Shown here one piece after another: positions 27,301 to 36,745 of a stretch of 64,000 nt of DNA; position 1 is the first letter of the stretch; every line of letters starts with the position of its first letter. The stretch is taken from NCBI GenBank assembly GCA_030426395.1, contig JAUHYE010000002.1:960-64959 (forward strand). The letters are read 5' to 3'. A model generated the notes under the pieces. It did not search any database and was not told the origin of the DNA. It saw only the letters and a program-made list of their open reading frames with translations. A program made the position numbers and the translations under genes. This stretch comes from Phycisphaerae bacterium. GTDB lineage: Bacteria; Planctomycetota; Phycisphaerae; Phycisphaerales; UBA1924.

Positions 27301-29337
27301 TTATGGGCAGCCGGCGGCGAAGGCATTCTGGAAGCACAGGAAGTCGAAGATGGTCAGTTCACCGTCGCCGTCGCAGTCCGCCGCCGGGTCGCTGGCCGCG
27401 AAGGCGTTCTGGAAGCCCAGGAAGTCGAAGATGGTCAGCTCGCCGTCGCCGTCGAAGTCGGCGTAGCAGCCTGGCTCTTCGGCGAGTGCCAGGGTCGCGG
27501 TATACCTGTTCCCCCGCTCGCAGTCGAGGTCGAGGACCACCGGCCGCACGGACAGCACGATCTCGTCGCTGCCGAACTCGACACGCGCCCGCAGGGGCAT
27601 GCCCTCGGGCACGAATGCCTCGACCACGGGAGGAGCGTCGCAGGTCGGCCCGTCGAGCACCATCACGATGGCGTCGAACTGGGCGTCGAAGCTGACCTCG
27701 GCGGTCGCGCCCGCCTCGCCGCCGCTGAGCAGGTACCAGTCGCTGTCGACCTCACCGCCGCGGGCCCACACGCCTCCGGCGATCGGCTCGCCCCACACGC
27801 CGGTGCCCAGGGCGGCTTCCAGTCCGTCGCAACCGGGGTTGCGCGACTCGCCGCAGGGCTCGGGCTCGATGGCGAACGATTGGCCGAGCCCGTCGAGCCA
27901 CCGCGGATCGAGCAGGATCGTTCCGCCGACCAGTTCTTCCAGCGGAGTGCCGGGATCGAATGTCAGCCGGCCGGCCAGAATCGACTGCACGCCGGGGGCG
28001 AGCACCAGGCCGCGCCGGTTGGCGGTCAGGTCGATCTCCGGCGCCACCATCACGATGGTCTCGGCGGCGCGCAACGGGCGGCCGGCGAACTGGCCCAGCT
28101 TGATCGATTCGCGGGCGCGCCAATCGATGGAGCGCGATTGCGTGCCGTCGTCCTCGTCGGGGACCTCGGCCACGATCGTGCGGCCGCAGATGGACTCCTT
28201 GCCATCGCGAGCGCGGTCCTTCTCGGGCGTGGCGGGATCATCTGGGTCGTCGGCGCCGCCCTGGCCGCCCTTGACATCGCCGCGGGTGATGACGCCGACC
28301 TTCTCGCCGTCCTGGTCTCCCTTGAGGGTGACACCACCGCCGTCGCCGCCCTTGCTGGTCGGATCGCTGGCGTCGCGTCGCTTGTGGTCGCCGCCGTCGC
28401 CCCCGCGGATCTTGCCCTCGCCGTTGTCGATCTCGCTGTCGGTGTCGGTCTTGCCCGTGACGTCGCCGCCCGCTCCGGGGACTTGGCCGTCGCCGCCGTC
28501 GCCGCCCTTAACAACGTCGTCGTCGGCGATCTGTTTGATGGTGACGTTGCCACGGGCGCAGACCTCGACGTCGCCGCCATCGCCGGCGGGATCGCGCGAG
28601 TCGGCGGGTCGGTCGTAACCGTCGCCACCCTTGACATCGCCGCACACGGTGACGCTTCCCTGCTTGGACACGATGGAGACACCGCCGCCGCCGTCGCCCT
28701 TGTCCTGGCCGCCGCCGCCCTTGCCGCCAGAGACCATTCCGCCGCCGTTGGTCTTGACCGTGACGTTGCCCGCGCCGCAGATGACGACCTCGCCGCCGCG
28801 ACCCTGCGGGACACCCGGGGCCTCGTGGCCGTCGCCACCCTTGACCGTGCCGCAGATCATGACCGAGGCGCCCTGGGACTCGATGCACACGCCGCCGCCG
28901 TGGATGGCGCGGGGGGTGCCGTCGGTGGCGCAGATCGCCGCGGGGAAGTCGTCCTCGCCGATCTTGATCGGCCCGCTGGCCTTGATGGTCACCTTGCTCC
29001 CGCCATCGGGGCCGACGAGGGTCACGCCGCCATCAACGGTGATCGAGCCGACGCAGACCATCTCGGGCAGCACGGGGAAGGGAACGACGTTGGGGATGAC
29101 TACGTCGTCGTCCTCGTCGGGTGGGCCGGAGGGGGCCCAGTTGCCCGGGTCGTTCCAATCGCCCGCGCGGCCGGCACCCGTCCAGGTGACCTGATCGGCC
29201 TGGGCCAAGCCCGCCACGAAGAGCATCGCCAACAGGCCCGCGAGCATTGCAAACGACAGCACCCGCCGCCTTTCGATGCGGCCCTCCACGGGGTTGGCGG
29301 TGCGTGCGGGCGCAAACCACGAGTAAGTGGCGAGCAT
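27301..29337 (-). CDS. secreted Gly/Asp-rich repeat protein (beta-helix-like passenger) with C-terminal 55-aa dockerin-like module
   Basis: GGGAGGAG precedes ATG 29337. TM/signal LSFAMLAGLLAMLFVAGLAQA. Repeated VKGGDG / GGDGGDG / CG..NVT segments. C-terminus CYADFDGDGELTIFDFLGF...ELTIFDFLCFQNAFAAGCP. Confidence 0.8.
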   Translation of the reverse strand: MLATYSWFAPARTANPVEGRIERRRVLSFAMLAGLLAMLFVAGLAQADQVTWTGAGRAGDWNDPGNWAPSGPPDEDDDVVIPNVVPFPVLPEMVCVGSITVDGGVTLVGPDGGSKVTIKASGPIKIGEDDFPAAICATDGTPRAIHGGGVCIESQGASVMICGTVKGGDGHEAPGVPQGRGGEVVICGAGNVTVKTNGGGMVSGGKGGGGQDKGDGGGGVSIVSKQGSVTVCGDVKGGDGYDRPADSRDPAGDGGDVEVCARGNVTIKQIADDDVVKGGDGGDGQVPGAGGDVTGKTDTDSEIDNGEGKIRGGDGGDHKRRDASDPTSKGGDGGGVTLKGDQDGEKVGVITRGDVKGGQGGADDPDDPATPEKDRARDGKESICGRTIVAEVPDEDDGTQSRSIDWRARESIKLGQFAGRPLRAAETIVMVAPEIDLTANRRGLVLAPGVQSILAGRLTFDPGTPLEELVGGTILLDPRWLDGLGQSFAIEPEPCGESRNPGCDGLEAALGTGVWGEPIAGGVWARGGEVDSDWYLLSGGEAGATAEVSFDAQFDAIVMVLDGPTCDAPPVVEAFVPEGMPLRARVEFGSDEIVLSVRPVVLDLDCERGNRYTATLALAEEPGCYADFDGDGELTIFDFLGFQNAFAASDPAADCDGDGELTIFDFLCFQNAFAAGCP

Positions 29338-29578
29338 GGCGGGCTCCTCCCGATAGATGAGCCAGCCCACGCCCCACCGAACGCCGGCGAACCGCGGGCC
29401 GACGACTCTTAAAACGTGAAATAATCGCCGAACTCACGCGGGAGCCGAACAAAACTCGGGGACGCTCGCGTTGTGGCGTCTTGCTCGGCGTGGGGACGAT
29501 ACCAATCCCTGCGCCCCTCCGTGCCGGCGGGCCGCTATCTTTCGCACGCCACCCCAACCCCATGACCCCACGGAACCC

Positions 29579-31873
29579 ATGGCCGCCCCACGCCCACCAA
29601 CCCCGAGCCTGGAGAGCCTGAGCGACCTCGGGCGATCCGAGGGCCTGCGCAAGGCCCGGTGGCTGCCGGCTGGGCTGCGGGCCCTGGCCCTGGGCGAGGC
29701 CCTGCCCTGGCTCGAAGGCAGCGACCGCCAGCGGGCCGCCGCCTGGCTCATCCGCAGGGCCGGCAAGGGCGAGGGGCTGGTTGGCTTCGCCGCGGTGAGC
29801 GACCGCGCGAGCCAGATCGTCTTCGGCGGCCAGGGCGTGCCCGCCGGCCGCGAGGCCCTCTTCCAGCTCACCCGCCACTGGCAATCCCTCCCCGAGTCGC
29901 TCCGCGACGGGGCTTTGGAGTGCGCTTCTGCCGCGCGGTGGGTGCGGGCCATCGAGCGGGCGGCGGGGCTCGATGATCCCCGGGCCCGGGCCAGCGCGTG
30001 CGAGGTGGCGGGGCTGGTCTCCGGGCGATTGGGCTCGCTGGCGGCGCTCCGCCTGGTCGCGCCGCTGCTGGGCGACCAGGACCGCGGCGTGGCCATGGCC
30101 GCCGAGCGGGCCCTGGTCCGCGCGACGGGCCGCGCGGCCGAGCTTGGCGTGGCTTCCGGCGAGATGGACGCCGGCGACGAGTATGCCGAGCCGGCGACCG
30201 TCCAGGGCGTCGAGGAGGTCATCGCCCACGCGGTGATCCACTTCGACGAGCACCGGCGCTTCGGCGTCCTCCTCGCGGCGTTGGCCCTGCTCACCGAGGC
30301 CGGCGCGAGCGCGGGTCGGCGGGGCATCGGCACGCCGCTCTCGAACTGGCTGGCGGCCAAGCCCACCGCGGCGCATGGGGCGCTCCGCACCGTTCTTCGC
30401 AAGGCCGACCTTGGCCTGGCACGACAACGTGCGCTGTCGTGGATCGTGATGGACCACCTCGCCCAGGCCGCGGGCGATCGGCTCAGCCGCGCGAACACGC
30501 CCGCCGAGCACGAGGCGGTGCTGGAGCGCGCGTACCTCAACCGACGCCGATTGCGCGCCAGCCGCGTGGCGTCGCTGCACGCACGGCCCCGGCTCCGCCA
30601 GACAGCAGATATGCTCAGGCAGACGGCCAGCCAGCTCACCGAAGATGCCGACGCGACGCCGCCCCTCGAGTGGCCCGAGGCGTGCCCGGTGCCGAGCGAG
30701 GCCACCATCGAACGCCTGGACGCCCCCGCGCGGGCGGGGCTGGCCGAATGGCTGGCGGCGCTGCAGATCGACCGCATGACCCGCGCCCGCGTGCTGGCCC
30801 CGCGCCTGAACGACGACGACCCGCGCGTCCGCCTCTCGCTCGTGCGTTTCGCGCCGCCCACGCTGATCGAGGATCTGGCGTACGACACGAACGGCGCGGT
30901 CGCGCGCTCGGCCGCCCTCGCGTTGAGCCGGCTGGGCGAGCCATTGGAAGCCGTGCCCGCCGCCAACCAGCCCATCGACGCCTGGATGGGCGCGCTCGAC
31001 CGCCACCCCGACGCGGCGGTGCGGATGATCGGGCGTCAGGAGCTGGCCCGCGCGGGCGTGGGCGCGGCCGGGCCGCTGGCGGCCTGCTCGGCGCGTGCGG
31101 CCCTCAAGCGCACCGACCCCAAGGCCACCTGGCTCATCGGCGCCATCGAGGTCGGCGAGCCCGGTGATCGCATCGACGCGATCACGCTCGCCCGCCGCCT
31201 GGGCCTGCCCGCGAGCCACCACGCCGTGCGCGACGCGCTGCTGGCCGCCGTGATGGCCGCCGGGCCCGCGGGCGGGCTGGCCGAGGACGACGCACGCCAG
31301 CGCGTGGCGGCGACGGCGCTGCGGGCGCTCTCGATCGCGCCCGGCCGGGAAGTGAGCAAAGCGCTCGAGGCCGCGTGCCAGTACCCCTCGGCGCGCGTGC
31401 GAGCGAACGCGGTCGAGGCGCTCGACGATCGGCGGCGGCGCGGCTTGATCGAGACGCCGGCGGAGCGGTTCGTGGAGCTGACCGCCGACACGCACCAGCG
31501 CGTGCGCGCCAACGCCGTGCGCGCCGGGTTGGTGGGGGTCGTGGGGGTCGAGAGCAAGCCGGCCATCGGCACGAAGCAGGCCTGCGAGACGGCGCTTCGG
31601 AACATGCTGGGCGACGAGCGGCCGGCGCATCGCGTGTCGGGCTTGTGGGTGGCCGGGCGTGTCTTGCGAAGGGGGCCCGAACTTTCCCTGGGCCGCCGGT
31701 GGACCGAGCTGGCCGCCGTCATCGCCGACATGGCCCGGCACGACAGCGATCCCTCGGCCCGGGCCCGCGCGGCGGCGTGCATGGGCAGCCTGGAGGCCGA
31801 GGCCCGCCAGCGCTGGCAGCGCGGGGCGGCGCGGTCGCAGGCGGCCAAGCGCGAGAAGGGGGCCGTGGCGTGA
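29579..31873 (+). CDS. HEAT/ARM-like repeat protein
   Basis: Ala/Leu/Arg-rich helical repeats with HEAT-like units (SARVRANAVEALDD, HQRVRANAVRAG, DPRVRLSLVRF). Start uncertain: ATG 29579, or ORF start 29471. Confidence 0.7.
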   Translation: MAAPRPPTPSLESLSDLGRSEGLRKARWLPAGLRALALGEALPWLEGSDRQRAAAWLIRRAGKGEGLVGFAAVSDRASQIVFGGQGVPAGREALFQLTRHWQSLPESLRDGALECASAARWVRAIERAAGLDDPRARASACEVAGLVSGRLGSLAALRLVAPLLGDQDRGVAMAAERALVRATGRAAELGVASGEMDAGDEYAEPATVQGVEEVIAHAVIHFDEHRRFGVLLAALALLTEAGASAGRRGIGTPLSNWLAAKPTAAHGALRTVLRKADLGLARQRALSWIVMDHLAQAAGDRLSRANTPAEHEAVLERAYLNRRRLRASRVASLHARPRLRQTADMLRQTASQLTEDADATPPLEWPEACPVPSEATIERLDAPARAGLAEWLAALQIDRMTRARVLAPRLNDDDPRVRLSLVRFAPPTLIEDLAYDTNGAVARSAALALSRLGEPLEAVPAANQPIDAWMGALDRHPDAAVRMIGRQELARAGVGAAGPLAACSARAALKRTDPKATWLIGAIEVGEPGDRIDAITLARRLGLPASHHAVRDALLAAVMAAGPAGGLAEDDARQRVAATALRALSIAPGREVSKALEAACQYPSARVRANAVEALDDRRRRGLIETPAERFVELTADTHQRVRANAVRAGLVGVVGVESKPAIGTKQACETALRNMLGDERPAHRVSGLWVAGRVLRRGPELSLGRRWTELAAVIADMARHDSDPSARARAAACMGSLEAEARQRWQRGAARSQAAKREKGAVA

Positions 31874-32358
31874 GGAAGTTGATCTTCATCGTAACCGTGC
31901 TGGCCCTGGCGGCGTGCGTGCTCGCGCAGAACCGCGTCGACATCGGCCCGGTCGAGATCTACAACCCCGGCGCGCCCACCGACGACGCGGCACTCGCCGA
32001 GCCGCAAGCCGAACCTCACTGGGCCGACACGCTCACGCCGGCGATCAAGCTCGGGCTGACCATGGTCGCCATCGGCGTTCCGATGCTGGTGATCGTGCTG
32101 GGCCGCGTGTGGCGGCGGCTGCCCGAGGGCGAGCGGGCGTTCATCCTGCTCAGTGTGGCGATGGGCCGCGGCCGGGGCTTCCGGGCCCGCCTGCGATCGC
32201 TGGCCGCCGCGCACGACGGCGACCAGCGCCCGATCTCGCCCATCGCGCTGCTGCTGGCCCCCCGCGCCTTCGACGCGGCCCTGGACCGCGCCACCCACGC
32301 CGAACGCGCCTTCGGCGTGCCGCAGCGCCACGCGGTGCACGGGTTCCGGAAGGGCTGA
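31870..32358 (+). CDS. hypothetical membrane protein, translationally coupled to the HEAT-repeat gene
   Basis: GTG 31870 overlaps the stop of the upstream gene (GTGA). Signal/TM VRKLIFIVTVLALAACVLAQ and a second TM LGLTMVAIGVPMLVIVLG. Confidence 0.55.
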   Translation: MRKLIFIVTVLALAACVLAQNRVDIGPVEIYNPGAPTDDAALAEPQAEPHWADTLTPAIKLGLTMVAIGVPMLVIVLGRVWRRLPEGERAFILLSVAMGRGRGFRARLRSLAAAHDGDQRPISPIALLLAPRAFDAALDRATHAERAFGVPQRHAVHGFRKG

Positions 32359-32374
32359 GAAGCCCGGCGAGCCG

Positions 32375-33760
32375 CTACTCGCACCCCGCGTCGAAGGCCG
32401 TCTGGAACGCCAGGAAATCGAAGATCGTCAGTTCTCCGTCGCCATCGAAGTCGGCCGCGGCGTCCCCATCTTCGAAGAGGTTCTGGAAGCTCAGGAAGTC
32501 GAAGATCGTCAGCGAGCCGTCGGCGTCGAGGTCGACCGAGCACGCGCCGCACTCCAGGTCGAACAGGTAGCCCGCGCCGACGACGCCGCCGGTGATGCGC
32601 TGATCGTCGAAGGCTCCGATGAGCGCGTGCCGGCCGTCGCTGGCCATGGTGGAGCCGTATTGCCCCGCCCAGCGGACCGGTGTCGGCACAAGTCGATTCT
32701 CTTCGCGCCACGTGCCATCGGGATGCTGTGTGTAGCTGTAGGTCATGCCCCTGACGATCCATGGGTCGTACTCGCCGTGCGTCGTGATGAGCAGGCGATC
32801 GCCACCGAAGCGGGCCGTCCAGCCGAAGTAGCCCAACTCGGCCGGGCGGCTGTGCACAATCTCCTGTTGCAGCACCCACCGGTCGCCATCGAGTTCGTAC
32901 GTCTGGGCAACACCCTGCCAGGAGTAATCGCGGAAGGTGATGGGAGCGCCGACGACGAGCGTCTGGCCATTGAAATCAAGACCAGCGCCGAAATACCCCA
33001 CATCGTCGGGGATGATCTTCTGGACAAAGTCCAGTGTGCCATCCGTACTCTGGCGGTACACGTACACCGACCCGCCGTCGCGAGAGCTCGACGCATCCGT
33101 GAACGCGCTAATGAAGTACCACCCGTCCGCGGAAACCATCGAGCACCCGAAGCACGCCCGCTGAACCGAGTCGGGAGAGGCCAGAATCTGCAAGTGTTCC
33201 CAATTGTCGCCCGTGCGCCGATAGCGATGGATCCGATCGCCTTCCACCTGGCGCACAAGCGCCGTGTCCCCATCCAGAAGCACTACGGCCCCAAACCCGC
33301 CCTCGGCCACGGGTGGCGGCTGGATTCGAATAGATTCAACCCACTGCCCACCATCGAACTCGTAGATATACGCCGCGCCTGTGCGTCCCGATGCTCCTGG
33401 CCAAATCTTGCCCGGGATACCGACAATGAGCCTGCTCCCATCGACATCGAGGCCCGCACCCACGCTCTCATAAAGGCGGGTATCGGGCGGCAGGATGGTC
33501 TGCCTATGGACAAGGACACCATCGCTCATGTCGTACGAAAAGATCGCGCCTGTGCCGCACTCGATGGGCGGACCGCCGCACGCCGTGCTCGCGAAGGAGT
33601 CAGCAATAAGCCATTGCTGGCCATTGGTCACAACTCTTTCCGCGAAAGACGACGTGGGGACTTCAGGTGGCGACACGAGCCGCTGCAGTTCGCAGGCGTC
33701 CTGGGCAAGGCTCACAGACGGCAGGATCAAGAAGACGGTGAGAAGTGGTGTTCGGCGCAT
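32375..33760 (-). CDS. secreted FG-GAP-like beta-propeller protein with C-terminal 55-aa dockerin-like module
   Basis: ATG 33760 gives signal MRRTPLLTVFLILPSVSLAQ. Repeats YFGAGLDFNGQTLVVGAP and GGFGAVVLLDGDTALV. C-terminus CSVDLDADGSLTIFDFLSF...ELTIFDFLAFQTAFDAGCE. Confidence 0.8.
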   Translation of the reverse strand: MRRTPLLTVFLILPSVSLAQDACELQRLVSPPEVPTSSFAERVVTNGQQWLIADSFASTACGGPPIECGTGAIFSYDMSDGVLVHRQTILPPDTRLYESVGAGLDVDGSRLIVGIPGKIWPGASGRTGAAYIYEFDGGQWVESIRIQPPPVAEGGFGAVVLLDGDTALVRQVEGDRIHRYRRTGDNWEHLQILASPDSVQRACFGCSMVSADGWYFISAFTDASSSRDGGSVYVYRQSTDGTLDFVQKIIPDDVGYFGAGLDFNGQTLVVGAPITFRDYSWQGVAQTYELDGDRWVLQQEIVHSRPAELGYFGWTARFGGDRLLITTHGEYDPWIVRGMTYSYTQHPDGTWREENRLVPTPVRWAGQYGSTMASDGRHALIGAFDDQRITGGVVGAGYLFDLECGACSVDLDADGSLTIFDFLSFQNLFEDGDAAADFDGDGELTIFDFLAFQTAFDAGCE

Positions 33761-34075
33761 GCCATTTATTCTGGCCGGTGACACACCGGGTTGCAAACGA
33801 CTGGGATGTGTGCAGCGGAAGCAGCCCGCTCGCAGGAGGCGGGTCGGCAGCCACGCCGTCGGCGCGACCTCGCCATAAGCGGGCCCGATATCCCAACCCC
33901 ATCCACCGCCCCGACTCCGGCCCACTCACGCGGGCCGCGCCGTATCGGCCCTTCGGGCGCGCCCCCCGCGACCGCGGCGCGTTCTCGGGCCGGACGGACG
34001 GTCCGTGTTCGAGTGAGCCCCCCTCACGCCACGCCAGCGGGGGTGCGACCGAACATCGTCCAGATCGTTGTCGGT

Positions 34076-34453
34076 GCGATTGAGAAATGCAGCGGTGCAA
34101 TTGAGAATCGCAGGGGTGTGATTGAGAATTGCAGCGGTGTTGTTGAGAATCGCAGCGGTGTGATCGCCAATCGCAGCGGTGTTGTTGAGAAGTGCAGCGG
34201 TGCAATTGAGAATCGCAGCCCTGCGATCGCCATCCGCAGGCCTGCGGACGCCGCCCGCACCAGTGCGCGAGCCAGCCGCACTGGTGCGCGAGCCGCCAAC
34301 ACCGGTGCGGGAGCCAGCCGCACTAGTGCGCGAGCCGTCCGCACCAGTGCGCGAGCCGCCAGCACCAGTGCGGACGCCGGCCGCACCAGTGCGGGAGCCA
34401 CCAGCACCAGTGCGGACGCCATCCGCACCAGGGCGCGAGCCGGCCGCACCGGG
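34076..34453. repeat. tandem array of 18 x 21 bp: 8 AT-richer units, then 10 GC-rich units
   Basis: Units counted directly. 34076-34243: consensus near GCAATTGAGAATCGCAGCGGT. 34244-34453: consensus near GCGCGAGCCGCCCGCACCAGT. Exact 21-nt phase throughout, with no spacers. Confidence 0.9.
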
Positions 34454-34480
34454 AGCCCAACGTCCCATACCCTCAGGCCC

Positions 34481-35776
34481 ATGGCCGAGCCGTCACCCGA
34501 ACCGCCCACCATCGCCATCGTCGGCGCCGGCGCGGCGGGGCTGATGGCGGCCATCAGCGCGGGCCGGGCCCTGCGCGAGGGCGGTCGGGATTCGGCCGCG
34601 CGCGTCGTGCTGCTGGATGGCTCCAAGACCGTGGGCGTCAAGATCCTCGTCGCCGGCGGGGGGCGGTGCAACGTGACGCACCACGCGGTGGACGAGAAGC
34701 AGTACGCCGGCTCGTCGCGCCACACGATCCGCAAGGTGCTGCGCGCCTTTGGCGTCGCGGACACCGTCGCGTTCTTTGGTGAGCTCGGCGTCACGCTCAA
34801 GCGCGAGGACACCGGCAAGCTCTTCCCGACGACGGACAAGGCACGCACCGTGCTCGACGCGTTGCTGGGCGAGGTCGAGCGGCTCGGCGTGGAACTGCGG
34901 AACCCCTGGCGTGTGGCGCGGGTCGAACGCAAGGGCCACCAGTTCCTGATCCACCGCGCGCACGCGGACGAGACGCTGCGCGCCGACCGGCTCGTCCTGT
35001 GCACCGGCGGCATGGCCCTGCCGCGCAGCGGGTCCGATGGCGAGGGCTACATCTTCGCTCGCGCTATCGGGCACACCATCACCGCGCGCGTGTTCCCGGC
35101 GCTCGTGCCGCTGATCGTGGGGCCCGATTCGATGTGGCTCACCGAGCTGAGCGGCGTGAGCTGCCGGGCGACGATCGAGGTGCGCGGCGGCACGGGCAAG
35201 ACGCTCGCGCGCTTCGAGAACGACCTGCTCTGCACGCACTTCGGCCTCAGCGGGCCGGGGCCGATGGACGCGTCGCGCTATCTCACGGCCGCGCGGCATC
35301 ACGATCGGGACGCGGCGCTGTTCATCAACTGGTTGGGCGAGCCCTTCGAGTGGATCGACGCGGGCCTGGTGGGGCTGGGCCCGCGCACGCCGCTGGCGTA
35401 CATCCGCGAGTATCTGCCCGAGCGCCTGGCACGCGCTCTGTGCGAACGGGCCGGTATCGATCCCTCGACCCCCGGGAGCCAGCTGACTCGCGAGAAGCGG
35501 CGCGACCTTGCGCACCTGCTCGCCGCAACGCGTGTCGATATCTCGGGCGACCGCGGCTTCGCGCACGCCGAGGTGACCGCCGGCGGCGTGCCGCTCAGCG
35601 AGATCAACCCCGCGACGATGGCCAGCCGGGCGTGCGAGAACGTATGGCTGGCCGGCGAGATCCTGGACGTCGACGGGCGGATCGGCGGGTTCAACTTCCA
35701 GTGGGCGTGGGCGAGCGGGTGGCTGGCGGGCCAGAGTGCCGGGCAGAGCGTGGGGCGATGCGCGGCGGGCGGGTGA
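34481..35776 (+). CDS. HI0933/BaiN-family NAD(P)/FAD-dependent oxidoreductase
   Basis: ATG 34481. Dinucleotide fold IAIVGAGAAGLMAAISAG. VAGGGRCNVTH and the C-terminal GEILDVDGRIGGFNFQWAWASG are typical of the family. The same frame stays open upstream through the repeat array to 33791. Confidence 0.85.
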   Translation: MAEPSPEPPTIAIVGAGAAGLMAAISAGRALREGGRDSAARVVLLDGSKTVGVKILVAGGGRCNVTHHAVDEKQYAGSSRHTIRKVLRAFGVADTVAFFGELGVTLKREDTGKLFPTTDKARTVLDALLGEVERLGVELRNPWRVARVERKGHQFLIHRAHADETLRADRLVLCTGGMALPRSGSDGEGYIFARAIGHTITARVFPALVPLIVGPDSMWLTELSGVSCRATIEVRGGTGKTLARFENDLLCTHFGLSGPGPMDASRYLTAARHHDRDAALFINWLGEPFEWIDAGLVGLGPRTPLAYIREYLPERLARALCERAGIDPSTPGSQLTREKRRDLAHLLAATRVDISGDRGFAHAEVTAGGVPLSEINPATMASRACENVWLAGEILDVDGRIGGFNFQWAWASGWLAGQSAGQSVGRCAAGG

Positions 35777-35797
35777 GGGACGCTACCGTGCTGGCGT

Positions 35798-36736
35798 ATG
35801 CGTGACGCGAACCAGCCCGGACCCATTGTCATCGCCGGCGGCAGCGGCTTCATCGGCACGTCGCTGGCGACGCACCTGACCGACGCCGGCGTGCCGGTGG
35901 TGGTGCTGTCACGCGGCGCGCCCAAGATCGAGCGTCCGTGGCGGCGCGTGGCGTGGGACGCGCGAACGCTTGGTGATTGGAAGGACGAACTCGACGGGGC
36001 GGCCGGCCTGGTGAACCTTGTGGGCCGCACGGTCGACTGCGTGAAGACGCCCGACCACCGCGACGAGATCCTTCGTTCGCGCGTCGAGGCCACGCGCGTG
36101 CTGGGCGAGGCGGTGCGGGCGGTCGATGCGCCGCCGCCGGTGTGGGTGCAGATGAGCACGGCCCACATCTACGGCGATCCGCCGTCGATCGTGTGCGACG
36201 AGAACTCGCCGACCGGCCTTGGCTTGGCGCCCCTCGTCGGCAAGGCGTGGGAGGCGGCGTTCCACGAGGCGGTCCTGCCCGAGCAGCGCGGCGTGGTGTT
36301 GCGCACGAGTTTCGTGATCGGCAAGGACCGCGGCGCGGGCGGCGGCGCGCTCGCGAGGCTGCGGCTGCTCGCCAGGCTCGGCCTGGGCGGCCGCGTGGGC
36401 TCGGGCACGCAGGGCATGAGCTGGATCCACGAGGCCGACATGAACGCCCTGTTCGAGTGTGCGCTGACCAACCCCGGCATGGCCGGCACGTACATCGCCT
36501 CGGCCCCGAGCCCGGTGCCGCAGGTCGAGTTCATGCGCACGCTGCGCGGGGCGATGGGCATGCCCATCGGGCTGCCGGCGTTCGCGTGGATGGTGCGGCT
36601 TGGTGCGCCGCTGGTGCTCGGGACCGATCCGGAACTTGCGCTCTACGGGCGGTACGTCGTCTCTCGGCGGCTGGCCGACGAGGGGTTCGAGTTTCGGTTT
36701 CCAGAGCTCGGCCCGGCGATCGCCGACTTGGTCTGA
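35798..36736 (+). CDS. TIGR01777/YfcH-like NAD-dependent epimerase family protein (SDR with DUF1731 C-terminus)
   Basis: [18 protein letters not shown] Rossmann motif. C-terminal ...[23 protein letters not shown] 35798. Confidence 0.85.
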   Translation: MRDANQPGPIVIAGGSGFIGTSLATHLTDAGVPVVVLSRGAPKIERPWRRVAWDARTLGDWKDELDGAAGLVNLVGRTVDCVKTPDHRDEILRSRVEATRVLGEAVRAVDAPPPVWVQMSTAHIYGDPPSIVCDENSPTGLGLAPLVGKAWEAAFHEAVLPEQRGVVLRTSFVIGKDRGAGGGALARLRLLARLGLGGRVGSGTQGMSWIHEADMNALFECALTNPGMAGTYIASAPSPVPQVEFMRTLRGAMGMPIGLPAFAWMVRLGAPLVLGTDPELALYGRYVVSRRLADEGFEFRFPELGPAIADLV

Positions 36737-36745
36737 GCCGCGTTG

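Noticed and set aside
34076-34453. Possible CRISPR array, because of regularly spaced repeats.
   Set aside because: The units are contiguous 21-mers with no unique spacers, and no cas genes are nearby. It is a tandem repeat, not a CRISPR.
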